From the NCBI GenBank assembly GCA_037447435.1, contig JBBIGR010000019.1, positions 1-45,458 of the forward strand: 45,458 bases of DNA. The letters run 5' to 3'. The DNA comes from Fibrobacteria bacterium (GTDB taxonomy: Bacteria; Fibrobacterota; Chitinivibrionia; Chitinivibrionales; FEN-1185). Every line of letters starts with the position of its first letter. Position 1 is the stretch's first letter. Below are positions 18,155 through 27,612 of this stretch, piece after piece. The notes under the pieces were generated by a model, which had not been told where the DNA came from, did not search any database, and saw only the letters and a list, made by a program, of their open reading frames with translations. A program made the translations under genes and the position numbers.

Positions 18155-18180
18155 GGGGAAGACTTTTAAAGTCTTACCCC
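18155..18180. terminator. Hairpin between convergent genes
   Basis: GGGG-AAGACTTT-T-AAAGTCTT-A-CCCC. Confidence 0.55.
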
Positions 18181-18199
18181 AAACGCCGCTTTTCAGTGG

Positions 18200-19023
18200 T
18201 TACTTGGCGAGAGTAAGTCTTTGCGTCGAAGTCCCGTTTTTCGAAAAAATCTTTGCAATTGCAACACCGTCCAACAACTTTCCGCGTAATGCAAAAACGT
18301 TCAAGGTAAGCGACGGGGCGGCCTGTTGATTGATATTTATCATAGTACGGCCGGTAACATCGTACAGAACGCAACCGGAAATTCCGGGAGCGAAAAATTT
18401 GATTTCACAGGGAGTGATGACCGTTTTTGTCTGAGAAGCGGCATTTTTTACTAGAGGAGAAGTTGAAACGACGGTCGGCTGCGCAAAACATTGCCAGTCC
18501 CAAATAGAATAACCGAAAATTGTCGTGCGGGAAAATGCACGGATGCGGATTTGTTTCGCAGTTGTTTGGGTAAAATTGATCACCCTGTTTTCATCGCTGA
18601 CACCGTCCGTGACTTCTGCGACCGTTGTCCAGGGCGCGTCGGTCGCCAAAAGCGCAATAGTGTCTGGGAAAGCGGGTCGGAAAAATTCGCAACCTGGATT
18701 ACGTAATGAATCGCACCTGCTGTTTCCCATTTGATAACCATACTTGCTATCGTTTGCGCAGTGCCAAGGTCCACATAAATCCACCCGGAATCCCTGTTCG
18801 CATCGAAATTCCAATTTGTCGCCCAACGAGTCCCGGGATCGCCGTCATTGGCAAGAGATGCGGGCATGCCTCTGGAGCCTCCTCCGACACCTGCCGTATC
18901 CCAGCTATTTGCAACAGCAGGTTTTCCCAAAATAAGATTTGTTTGAGCAAAAGCCGAATTTCCAAGAAAAAGAACTGATCCCATCATGAGGAAAAAAACG
19001 TAAAAATATTTTCCAATTATCAC
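18200..19023 (-). pseudogene. Frameshifted secreted F5/8 type C (discoidin/CBM32-like) protein with a T9SS-like C-terminal sorting domain
   Basis: ORF 19023-18580 carries the signal peptide and the first half of the domain (NDGDPGTRW, WIYVDLG, KWE...YVIQV). ORF 18826-18200 carries the second half (WTTV...KQIRI...GYSIWDW) and an LYDVTGR...GVAIAKI...TQRL tail. One missing base near 18640-18690 would join them into ~274 aa. Confidence 0.8.
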
Positions 19024-19299
19024 AAGGCCCCCCTTATATAAAGTTACAATACTATGGTTTTAAACGGTAATCGATAGTATGAATATAGGCTTTTCCGGGG
19101 AATTTTGCAAGAATAGAGATGAGAATTTGGATGTCGGCGGCGATATCCTTGTCGAAATAAGCATAAGCCGAGATGTTCAGTATTAAATGTTTTGCAAAAG
19201 TCAATGTAAGCGTGTTTTCCCGTTTCATATGGGGTTGGCGCCAAAAGTTTTCTTGGCTCGTAAGGGGAAAAGTGCAAAAATAGCTAAAATCTCGCATAA

Positions 19300-19326
19300 A
19301 TCATTACAGACGACGGATGTAATGAT
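19300..19326. terminator. 9-bp inverted repeat downstream of the helicase; terminator or operator
   Basis: ATCATTACA-N9-TGTAATGAT, 16 bp past the helicase stop. Confidence 0.45.
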
Positions 19327-19342
19327 CGGCATTTTTCGGATT

Positions 19343-21886
19343 TTATTCCAAAAGGCCAAATCTATTCAAACAAATCACCGCTTCTCCGGCTTCGCGAGAA
19401 CGAACAAGGTCGATGTCGAATTCCAAAACCCAGTCATTTGTTTCTTCTTCGTCTATAAGCATCTGTTGCAAATGCCAGGTTTTAATTTCAGGCATTTGCT
19501 TTATATACGTATGCCGAACATTGCGGGCCTCAGGGTCAAGGCGGATGCCTTTATGGTCAACACGATACGTTTCGTAGTTGGTGAGAAGCTGCTCCGACGT
19601 CCATGCAGGTTGGCCTTTTTTTTCCGAAATGCTTTCGAGTGCCAGATCATAATCGTTTTTATTGAGTGCCGAAATGAAGGCGAAAACTTTACTTCGTATC
19701 AGGCCGGTAAATTTCTTCGCGTCGCGCGTGATATCGCGCGCAGCTTCCTCGGCTCCCGGAGGTCGAACTTCCTTCGTTTCGCCCGCCAAATAATCCGGAT
19801 TCCGCATTTTTTCCCACTCGTCCAGGAGGCTGGAATCGACCTGCCGTATCATGACGCTCAAATATGCTTCCATCTCGTCAATGACTTCGTTTTTCGCTTC
19901 GCTGGGGACGGTTTGCGAAAGCACCTTGAAAACGCCGTTGATATGCCGCAAAAGCAGGCCCTCAGCGCGGTGCAAATCGTAGCTGCGGATATAATCGGCA
20001 AAGGAACTATAGGTTTCGAACATCTCAAGCACTATCGATTTTGGCCGAATGTTTTCCTGGCCAACCCAAGGGTGGCGGTCGGAAAAATCGTTGAATGTCG
20101 AATAGATGAATTCGCTGTACGGCTTCGGATAATCAAGTTTATCAAGTTCTTCGATGCGCTCGTCGAAGGGAATGCCTTCCATTTTCATTTCATTCATTTT
20201 CTGCGTCTTGATCCGGTCGAGTTGCTTTCGTAGGATAATGTCGGGGTTTTCGAGTATGGACTCTATAAGGGCAAGAAGATGGAACGGGTATTGTGGAAGC
20301 TGCGCGTCGAGAAGCGGTATGGTTTCCAAAAGATACAAAGACAATGTCTGATCCATCGAAAAATCGTCCTGCAACGAAAGATTGACCCGAAGTTTGGCGC
20401 CACTTTCTGCGGGTGTAATGAACTCCACTATATGCCGATTGACAAGCGAGCGAAAAAGCTGCCACGCGCGGTTCGTATGGTAAAGCTTTTGCTTCGGCGA
20501 ATCATGGCAGGAAGCAATGAGCGTCCGCATCGCGGTGCAACCGTCGGAATTGCGGCTTAAAACATTGAGCAACATTCCGTGCGTAACCTGGAAACGGGAA
20601 ATAAGAGGCTCGGGTTTGGCAATTATCAGACGTTCGAACGTGTCTTTGTCCCAATTAACGAAGTTTTTTTCCGGCGGTTTTTTCTTTACGATTTTCTTGC
20701 CGGTTTGCGCCTGTTTTTGCTTTATCTGCGCGTTCTCTATGATATGTTCGGGCGCCTGCGCAACGACCCAGCCGCACGTATCGAAACCCCTTCTCCCTGC
20801 GCGGCCGCTGATTTGATGAAAATCGCGCGCGCTTAAAAAAGCGGTTTTTTGCCCATCGTATTTGCAAAGACGCGTGAGCAGCACCGTGCGAATGGGCACG
20901 TTGACGCCGACGCCCAACGTATCGGTGCCGCATATGATTTTTAGCAACCCTTTTTGCGCTAATTGCTCAACAAGAACCCTGTATTTGGGAAGCAAACCCG
21001 CATGATGAATGCCGATGCCGTGCCGCAGCCAGCGTTTAATATCCGGACCATAGGGGCTTGAGAATTTGAATCCCGTAATGGCTTGTGCGATCGCGTCTTT
21101 TTCTTCCCGTGAACAGACATTAATACTGGTGAAATTCTGCGCGTTTTGCGCTGCCTCAAGCTGGGTAAAATGCACGACATACACGGGGCTTTTGCCTTCA
21201 TTGACAAGGTTTTCCACCGTGAGGGGAAGCAAGGTGTCGCTATAGGAAAAAACAAGCGGTACCGGCCGATCGACCGAGGTCACACTCACTGTGGGCTTGG
21301 AATTAAGACGAGTAAGCTCTTTTTCAAAGAACAGAGTATCGCCCAATGTGGCCGACATCAAAAGAAAACGGGTTTGCGGAAGCGTCAGCAGCGGTACCTG
21401 CCAGGCGACTCCCCGTTCCCGGTCGGCGTAATAATGGAACTCGTCCATGACCACGTCGCTCACGTCGGCGAGCGGACCTTCCCGAAGCGCAATGTTCGAT
21501 AATATTTCCGCGGTGCAGCAAAGAATCGGCGCATCGCGGTTTACCGATGCGTCTCCCGTGCAAAGGCCAACATTGTTGGGCCCGAATTCTCTGCAAAGCG
21601 AAAGCCATTTTTCATTGACCAGCGCTTTTATCGGGCAGGTATACACCGAGCGTTTGCCCTGAGCAAGGGACTTGAAATGGAGCGCCATCGCAACAAGCGA
21701 TTTTCCCGATCCGGTGGGCGTATTGAGGATGACGTTTTTTTCCTCGAATAATTCAAGGATCGCGTTTTCCTGTGCCTCGTACAGAGTAAGATTCCGTTCC
21801 CCGACATACGCGAGAAATCTGTTGAATAATTCGTTGTTGTCGGGTCGATTGCATCGGACAATATGGTCGAACAGGGTGGTTTTCAT
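19343..21886 (-). CDS. Ski2-like DEAD/DEAH-box helicase with DUF3516 C-terminus (HelY-like)
   Basis: [59 protein letters not shown]...[12 protein letters not shown]. Confidence 0.93.
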   Translation of the reverse strand: MKTTLFDHIVRCNRPDNNELFNRFLAYVGERNLTLYEAQENAILELFEEKNVILNTPTGSGKSLVAMALHFKSLAQGKRSVYTCPIKALVNEKWLSLCREFGPNNVGLCTGDASVNRDAPILCCTAEILSNIALREGPLADVSDVVMDEFHYYADRERGVAWQVPLLTLPQTRFLLMSATLGDTLFFEKELTRLNSKPTVSVTSVDRPVPLVFSYSDTLLPLTVENLVNEGKSPVYVVHFTQLEAAQNAQNFTSINVCSREEKDAIAQAITGFKFSSPYGPDIKRWLRHGIGIHHAGLLPKYRVLVEQLAQKGLLKIICGTDTLGVGVNVPIRTVLLTRLCKYDGQKTAFLSARDFHQISGRAGRRGFDTCGWVVAQAPEHIIENAQIKQKQAQTGKKIVKKKPPEKNFVNWDKDTFERLIIAKPEPLISRFQVTHGMLLNVLSRNSDGCTAMRTLIASCHDSPKQKLYHTNRAWQLFRSLVNRHIVEFITPAESGAKLRVNLSLQDDFSMDQTLSLYLLETIPLLDAQLPQYPFHLLALIESILENPDIILRKQLDRIKTQKMNEMKMEGIPFDERIEELDKLDYPKPYSEFIYSTFNDFSDRHPWVGQENIRPKSIVLEMFETYSSFADYIRSYDLHRAEGLLLRHINGVFKVLSQTVPSEAKNEVIDEMEAYLSVMIRQVDSSLLDEWEKMRNPDYLAGETKEVRPPGAEEAARDITRDAKKFTGLIRSKVFAFISALNKNDYDLALESISEKKGQPAWTSEQLLTNYETYRVDHKGIRLDPEARNVRHTYIKQMPEIKTWHLQQMLIDEEETNDWVLEFDIDLVRSREAGEAVICLNRFGLLE

Positions 21887-21931
21887 GCAACTAAAATACT
21901 ATAGCGGAAAGAAAAGAATAGCCTTAGAAAT

Positions 21932-21967
21932 TTCCTTCCCCTCGCCGCTTGCGGTGAGGGGAAGGAA
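21932..21967. terminator. Strong GC-rich hairpin between cyclophilin and helicase (terminator or REP-like element)
   Basis: TTCCTTCCCCTCGCCG-CTTG-CGGTGAGGGGAAGGAA, ~16-bp stem with one G:T pair. Confidence 0.6.
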
Positions 21968-21999
21968 TAAACTATCCGAAACGGTGCCAAAGAACTTTT

Positions 22000-22518
22000 T
22001 TAACTCAGCTTCTTATTCCACTTGTCAATATCATCCTTCATTTCCTTAAGCAATTCCGATGCATCGCCTTCGATTTCGATAGTATCGATACGGTCCCCTT
22101 GCGCAATGCTGTTGACGACGTCCTGGTCGGCCGAAGAAACAACTTCGCCGAAAATCGTGTGATGATCGTCGAGCCACGGCGTGGGCAAATGGGTGATGAA
22201 AAACTGGGAACCGTTGGTTCCGGGGCCGGAGTTTGCCATTGATAATTTTCCAGGCAGATCATGCCGTAGTTCCTTGACAAATTCATCTTTGAATTTGTAG
22301 CCCGGACCGCCGGTGCCGTTTCCCTTGGGGCATCCGCCCTGAATCATGAATTCCTCAATGACCCGATGGAACTTGAGATTATTATAAAAGCCGTGCTGCG
22401 AAAGATTGACGAAGTTTGCCACGGTCAAAGGAGTTTTGTCTGCAAAAAGTTTCAAATGAATGTCGCCTTTTTCGGTTTTAATGGTAGCGGTAAGTTCTGC
22501 GGCTTTCTGTTTTCCCAT
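22000..22518 (-). CDS. Cyclophilin-type peptidyl-prolyl cis-trans isomerase
   Basis: [44 protein letters not shown]. Confidence 0.97.
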   Translation of the reverse strand: MGKQKAAELTATIKTEKGDIHLKLFADKTPLTVANFVNLSQHGFYNNLKFHRVIEEFMIQGGCPKGNGTGGPGYKFKDEFVKELRHDLPGKLSMANSGPGTNGSQFFITHLPTPWLDDHHTIFGEVVSSADQDVVNSIAQGDRIDTIEIEGDASELLKEMKDDIDKWNKKLS

Positions 22519-22567
22519 TTTTGTGTAAGTCCTTTAGGTTAAAATTAAAAGTACGAATAAAAATAAA

Positions 22568-23026
22568 TTACTTTACGACAAATGTCTCGGAGCCAAGCAC
22601 TTTGTCGGCTTTATCGACTACGTCGACACGCCACGTTCCGGGAGCGACGGTTTTATAACTCCACAAACGGCCCGAAGCATAGCGTAAACGAAGCGGAACT
22701 TCGAGGACTTTCTCATTGCCGTTGTACCAGATATGTTTAAACGGGAATGGAGCGTGCTGAATCGAGAGTTTTGTCCAGCAGAATATTTTTCGTTGATCGG
22801 GCCCGAACGTTTTTGATTCGCCGATCGGAGCGTGGTCTTTTATTCCGGTCGCAAAGACTATGCTTTCTACTTTGCAAACGTTGTCCGGAGCGGCGGCATC
22901 GCTGTCTTGGGTTGCCGCAGTGGGAGCAACCGCAGGTGCTTTGGACACGGTTTTTGCTGAGTCTTTTTGCGCAAAAGATGCCGCACTGCAAAACAATACT
23001 ATAGCCAACCCTATACGAAAATTCAT
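22568..23026 (-). CDS. Secreted DUF2914 domain protein
   Basis: Signal peptide, Ala/Pro linker, FATGIKDHAP...HIWY...RLWSYK...GTWRVDV; AGGAGG SD. Confidence 0.8.
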   Translation of the reverse strand: MNFRIGLAIVLFCSAASFAQKDSAKTVSKAPAVAPTAATQDSDAAAPDNVCKVESIVFATGIKDHAPIGESKTFGPDQRKIFCWTKLSIQHAPFPFKHIWYNGNEKVLEVPLRLRYASGRLWSYKTVAPGTWRVDVVDKADKVLGSETFVVK

Positions 23027-23126
23027 AAAACCTCCTATGGTTTTTTAGCACCTATATCTGAATTATACACTCTTTACCTCGGTACTCTAGTCTACGCTTT
23101 TTACGTAGAAAATCTATAAAATAAAC

Positions 23127-24212
23127 TTATCCCATTCTTGGCATGGGATTGGTGACTTTGAGGAATAATAATTTTCTCATATTTTCCTTATAATTTCCCT
23201 TATTTTTTTTCAAACTCAAAATTTGAGACATCATAAGCTTCAGATCTCGATGGCATTTATCGAAAACTTCATTATAAATTTCCATGTCTTTCGAATAGGT
23301 CATGTCGACGCCGATAAACGCGTTATTGATTTCGATTTTTTCAAGCCCTTCATAGGAATTCGTGCCGAAAAGCTGATGGTAATTTCTTGCAAGGGAATCT
23401 TTAAACGACGATATGATATTGTTTTTCATGGTCAGCTTTTCAGTTTTTGTCAATATACTGTCGTTGTACACGACCGAAAGCCGGTCGTACAATACCCGCA
23501 TCAACCGATAATACGTCGTGTTGTCTTGTGCCGTATTACAGGCGGTTTTATATGCTGCTGAAGTGTCGCCAAAAGTCGAGCGAATAAACCACAAGGCTCC
23601 TTCATTTCCAATAAACGAGGCGAGTTCTTCGTTAAAATCAACCTGGTTTTTCACGTATATCGTACCGTGGGTAAGCTCGTGGATGATCAGGTTGGCCATA
23701 CGATACGTTGAAAACCGCTCCATGAAAGAATACACCGGATCGGAAAAAAAACCAAGCGAACTGTACGCGTCGACGCGGCCCAAATACACGTCATAGCCTT
23801 TCGCTTTCAGCCTGCTGCCTTCGGCAAGAGCATCTTTTTTGTCAAAATACCCGCGTAGCGGCCAGCAGCCCATGAGCGGGTAACACCACGTATACGGTGT
23901 AAAATCTACTTGTCCGTACGCACAGACGATGTCTATCAAATAGGATTTTTGTATGGAAACGAAAGTCGAGTAATTATTGCTCGGTTTGAGACCGATGGAA
24001 TCGGTCGCGAAACGTTTGATGTTGTTGATAAGTGAAAAATATTGTTTCAATGAATCCGGGGTTTCTTTTTTGTTTTGCAGTTTTTTAATAGGAACGGAAT
24101 GCGTGGTATATTTGAGTACGTATCCGCCTTGCTTAAGTATATAACAATCGCTTAATAAACCGATTAAACAAACAAAAGAAAAACAAAGTAATTTTTTAAA
24201 CATCGTGACCAT
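23127..24212 (-). CDS. Putative secreted zinc aminopeptidase (PF10023-like gluzincin)
   Basis: WCYPLMGC, RGYF, AYSSLGFFSDP, IIHELTH zinc motif followed by FNEELA. Confidence 0.88.
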   Translation of the reverse strand: MVTMFKKLLCFSFVCLIGLLSDCYILKQGGYVLKYTTHSVPIKKLQNKKETPDSLKQYFSLINNIKRFATDSIGLKPSNNYSTFVSIQKSYLIDIVCAYGQVDFTPYTWCYPLMGCWPLRGYFDKKDALAEGSRLKAKGYDVYLGRVDAYSSLGFFSDPVYSFMERFSTYRMANLIIHELTHGTIYVKNQVDFNEELASFIGNEGALWFIRSTFGDTSAAYKTACNTAQDNTTYYRLMRVLYDRLSVVYNDSILTKTEKLTMKNNIISSFKDSLARNYHQLFGTNSYEGLEKIEINNAFIGVDMTYSKDMEIYNEVFDKCHRDLKLMMSQILSLKKNKGNYKENMRKLLFLKVTNPMPRMG

Positions 24213-24235
24213 TATTGTTATAGCCGAGAATATTT

Positions 24236-25099
24236 CTATTTAGTTGCCAAAACGCCAAAGGCGTCCGGTTTTGGAATAACCTTATTAAATCCGGCTTCAT
24301 ATAAGCGTCGAATCACTCCTTTTGTCGTGCTGGCACCGCTTTTTGTATTCGGATCGCCTATATAATGAAAAGCTTTTCCGTTTTTTACCAATACCCTGTG
24401 CATTTGCCGGTAAAAATCGAGTGAATACAAATCGCCGGCAAGGTTTACTGCCGGCGGATCGTGCATGATGCAATTAAAAATCCCTGAATCGAATTCACAG
24501 ATTATTTCCGAGCAATCGCAAATTATTTTGTCTATACTAAGATTATTGAATAAATCCTTAGACCATGGGTTTAATCGGGCCATTTCCTGAGCAACCGGGT
24601 CATATTCTATTGTTTTAACCGAAGCGGTTTTACTTGCCATAATGGAGGTATAGCCAAGACCGGTCGCAGTATCCAATAGTAATCCCCGGATGGGAAGCAA
24701 TGCTTCGATCATGAGTTTTGCCGCTTGTATGGGCAATATGTTTTTAATGCGATGCATGGGAAAGCCGGCTGTAATCATGGCAGGTGCCGATTCGGTCGGA
24801 AACAAGCTAAACGACCTGCCGGTTTTCTCGGAATAGCCTTTAATAGGTTTTAATTTGTTGTTTTCAATAATAAAGCAATTATCTTTATTTATGTTTATTT
24901 CGCTTAAAATATCCCATGAAAAACGATACGTATCCGAAAATTCGACAGTGTCTTCCGAAAGCGTAACCTCGACTGCCGTAACACCGCAGTCTATTGAGGA
25001 CAAAGCTTTGGTTTGGCGGTTTTTTTTTGCTTCAAAAAGCGGGGCTGTTTGAAAATGAGATACTACCGGTAGCTTGGGACTGTTTTGAAAAGTGCTCAT
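24236..25099 (-). CDS. SAM-dependent methyltransferase, COG2521-like (archaeal-type)
   Basis: GFPMHRIK, LDTATGLGYTS (motif I), TIEYD, NPWS, HDPP, LYSLDFY, FHYIGDP. Start likely ATG 25099 (ORF track: 25150). Confidence 0.8.
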   Translation of the reverse strand: MSTFQNSPKLPVVSHFQTAPLFEAKKNRQTKALSSIDCGVTAVEVTLSEDTVEFSDTYRFSWDILSEININKDNCFIIENNKLKPIKGYSEKTGRSFSLFPTESAPAMITAGFPMHRIKNILPIQAAKLMIEALLPIRGLLLDTATGLGYTSIMASKTASVKTIEYDPVAQEMARLNPWSKDLFNNLSIDKIICDCSEIICEFDSGIFNCIMHDPPAVNLAGDLYSLDFYRQMHRVLVKNGKAFHYIGDPNTKSGASTTKGVIRRLYEAGFNKVIPKPDAFGVLATK

Positions 25100-25194
25100 A
25101 GGTAATTGAAAAAATATATTTGGAACGATAATCCTATATATTATTATCATATCAGGGTTTTTATTACGTGCAATAAATAAAAGCGGAATCTCAT

Positions 25195-27108
25195 GTGAAA
25201 AATCATGGTTTTTTGTTGTTTTTCATAGCAGGTCTTTTGCTGTGCTCGGGCTGCGGAAGAAATACCGAAAGCATTTTGCTAAAAGGAAATTGCGACTACG
25301 CGCCCGGATTCGATTCGACGATGCTATCGGTTATGTCAAGTACGCATTGGAAACCGATCGAATTGCCCTGCGCATTTCCCCTCCGCGATGCCGCATTGCA
25401 GAACAAAAAATTTATTACGGTGCGGTGGAAAATTCCCGAAGCCGCGGTGGCTATTTGCCAAAAGAACGGTTTTGTCGGGCTACAGGTATGCCGAAGCAGT
25501 GAAAGGGCTTTATATTATGTCAATTCGACGCCGGCATGTTCCGTCGGCACGCTTCGCCAATTCATCGCCGGAGAGGACAATCAGGGGATTTGTTACGCAC
25601 CGCTGGCGGCTTTTGTAAAGGATTCGCCGAATTATTTGTACGGCGTTTTCGGGCCATTGCAAATAAAAACGTATCACGGAATCAGACTCGTTTGCTCCTT
25701 AGGGCCCATTAAGGAAATCGTCGGCTTTTATTATAGGGAAAGAGTTATTTCAAGTTTCCTTATCGGTTTTTTTCTCATGATCGCTTTGTATTGTACGGTA
25801 CTGGGGATATTGCGCTCCAAAGACAGTTACAATTTTTATTTCGGGCTGCTTACGTTTTCCTTTGTCTTTTTTATGTGTGCCAACACGTCTGTCAAGGATG
25901 TATTGTTTTTCCATAATCCCATTCTGGAATCAAAGGTCGACTTGATTTCGGGTATCGGCGGAACGGTATTTCTGCTTTTATTCATGACCCGTTTTGTTTT
26001 TCCCAAACATATGATCATTGCCGTGTATTCTTCGGCGTTTTTGGGTGCACTGGCGCTATTGGCACTCATTTCCCAAGAAGCGTTGATGGATATTGCCCGT
26101 TCAATATGGTATGTTTCCCTTGTTGTCATGTCGATTTATTTCTGTACGATACTTGCGTCGCAGGCATTCCACAAAGGTGCAGGCGTAAAAATTATTTTCA
26201 TTGCCCTTATGGTTGTCATTGCCGCAAGCGTTCACGATTATCTGTCGTTTTACGGCAGGTTGCCTTTTTTCTTTTCCCTGCCGTACGCATTCAGCCTGTT
26301 TATTGTTGCCATGACTTTCGTTTTGGCTCGGCAATTCGTTTCGACCCATAATTCCATGGAACTACTCAACGAGAAACTGGAACAACGCGTCGAAGAAAGA
26401 ACTGCGGAGCTCAGCCAAATAAATAAACAAAAAGATAAAATAATCAGTATTATCGCGCACGATCTGAACAATCCGATCACCGCAATCAACGTCACTTCTT
26501 CACTTATGGAAATCAGCGCAAAGAACCGCGAGTACAAGTCGCTTATGGAATATACCGGACTCATACGGCAAGCCTGTTTGCAAGCCATGAATACCATGCA
26601 GGATGTTTTACGACAGGCCCGCAGCAGAGAAACCAACCCTCCCGCATTGCTTGAAAAGGCCGACAGGATTGCTTTCGTCGCCCCATCCTGTAAAATGCTG
26701 CAGTTACGCGCCAAAGAAAAAGGCGTGGACCTAGTGTACGACGATCAGGCGCCGCCCGTATATGTTCTTATCAATAAAACCGGGTTCACAAGGGTCGTCG
26801 ACAATTTACTGTCAAATGCGATTAAATTTACGCCAAAACACGGGCGGATAATCGTCACTATACGGAAAACATCCAATCTGGCCGTTTTGCAGATTCAAGA
26901 CAATGGCATCGGAATCCCCGACGATATTAAAGCGACGGTTTGGGACCGCTTTACAACTGCCGGCAGATCGGGCACGGACCATGAATCGTCTACCGGACTG
27001 GGTTTGTCTATAGTAAAGGAAATCGTCGAGCAAAACAACGGGAAAATCTGGTTCGAAAGCCAAAAGGACAAAGGGTCGAAATTCGTCGTCGAAATTCCTC
27101 TTGCGTAA
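25195..27108 (+). CDS. Membrane sensor histidine kinase with an extracellular beta domain and ~7 TM helices (7TMR-DISM-like)
   Basis: N-terminal signal, seven hydrophobic segments, LEQRVEERTAEL S-helix, H-box AHDLNNP, NLLSNAIKF, DNGIGIP, GLGLSIV. Confidence 0.9.
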   Translation: MKNHGFLLFFIAGLLLCSGCGRNTESILLKGNCDYAPGFDSTMLSVMSSTHWKPIELPCAFPLRDAALQNKKFITVRWKIPEAAVAICQKNGFVGLQVCRSSERALYYVNSTPACSVGTLRQFIAGEDNQGICYAPLAAFVKDSPNYLYGVFGPLQIKTYHGIRLVCSLGPIKEIVGFYYRERVISSFLIGFFLMIALYCTVLGILRSKDSYNFYFGLLTFSFVFFMCANTSVKDVLFFHNPILESKVDLISGIGGTVFLLLFMTRFVFPKHMIIAVYSSAFLGALALLALISQEALMDIARSIWYVSLVVMSIYFCTILASQAFHKGAGVKIIFIALMVVIAASVHDYLSFYGRLPFFFSLPYAFSLFIVAMTFVLARQFVSTHNSMELLNEKLEQRVEERTAELSQINKQKDKIISIIAHDLNNPITAINVTSSLMEISAKNREYKSLMEYTGLIRQACLQAMNTMQDVLRQARSRETNPPALLEKADRIAFVAPSCKMLQLRAKEKGVDLVYDDQAPPVYVLINKTGFTRVVDNLLSNAIKFTPKHGRIIVTIRKTSNLAVLQIQDNGIGIPDDIKATVWDRFTTAGRSGTDHESSTGLGLSIVKEIVEQNNGKIWFESQKDKGSKFVVEIPLA

Positions 27109-27120
27109 ATTCCTCTTGCG
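27092..27120 (+). repeat. 14-bp direct duplication across the kinase stop codon
   Basis: AAATTCCTCTTGCG at 27092-27105 and again at 27107-27120. Confidence 0.85.
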
Positions 27121-27157
27121 GTCTTATGTTAAATAAGTTTGAATAACAACCAGAACA

Positions 27158-27583
27158 TTACTCCGATAATTGTATGGAAGGCATTTTAGCCTCTATTTCA
27201 AAAAGAGCATTACGAAATTGCCGTTCAAGCTCAGGAATATATAAAGCGATCGAATCATTATCGCCAGATTTGGCTGCATTTTCAATAGACGCCGAAACGT
27301 TGCTCAATAAAAGGAGGCCAACATTTGAGGTCGTCCCTTTTATGCTATGCGCAAGATAGCGGACAGTATCAAAATCATGCTCAAGAAAGCTTTGTTTAAG
27401 TTGCTGGATTTCTTTTGGAGAATTATCAATGAAAATCTCGATAATTTTACGAGCCAAAATGTCATCTTTCATTACTCTACCAATAAAATCATCATAGTCA
27501 AAGACAATTGAGCTGTTGCATTGTGTATACCCTAAATCACAAGTCTTTTGCATAATTAAAGCTCCATTTCCAGGCCGAAACAT
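27158..27583 (-). CDS. Stand-alone Hpt (histidine phosphotransfer) protein
   Basis: LAHSIKGTTSNVG Hpt motif in an all-helical 141-aa protein. Confidence 0.9.
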   Translation of the reverse strand: MFRPGNGALIMQKTCDLGYTQCNSSIVFDYDDFIGRVMKDDILARKIIEIFIDNSPKEIQQLKQSFLEHDFDTVRYLAHSIKGTTSNVGLLLLSNVSASIENAAKSGDNDSIALYIPELERQFRNALFEIEAKMPSIQLSE

Positions 27584-27612
27584 GTTTCCATATTCCGGCC
27601 TGGAAAAAAATG

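Noticed and set aside
19044..19297. 77-aa and 81-aa minus-strand ORFs in the spacer
   Set aside because: They overlap each other, have no convincing SD or motif, and occupy the promoter region of the CBM gene.
19187..20233. 348-aa plus-strand ORF
   Set aside because: Antisense shadow of the DUF3516 helicase.
15071..21886. Two nearby helicases as an anti-phage defence system
   Set aside because: They are on opposite strands, separated by unrelated genes, and have no nuclease or effector partner. Both look like housekeeping families.
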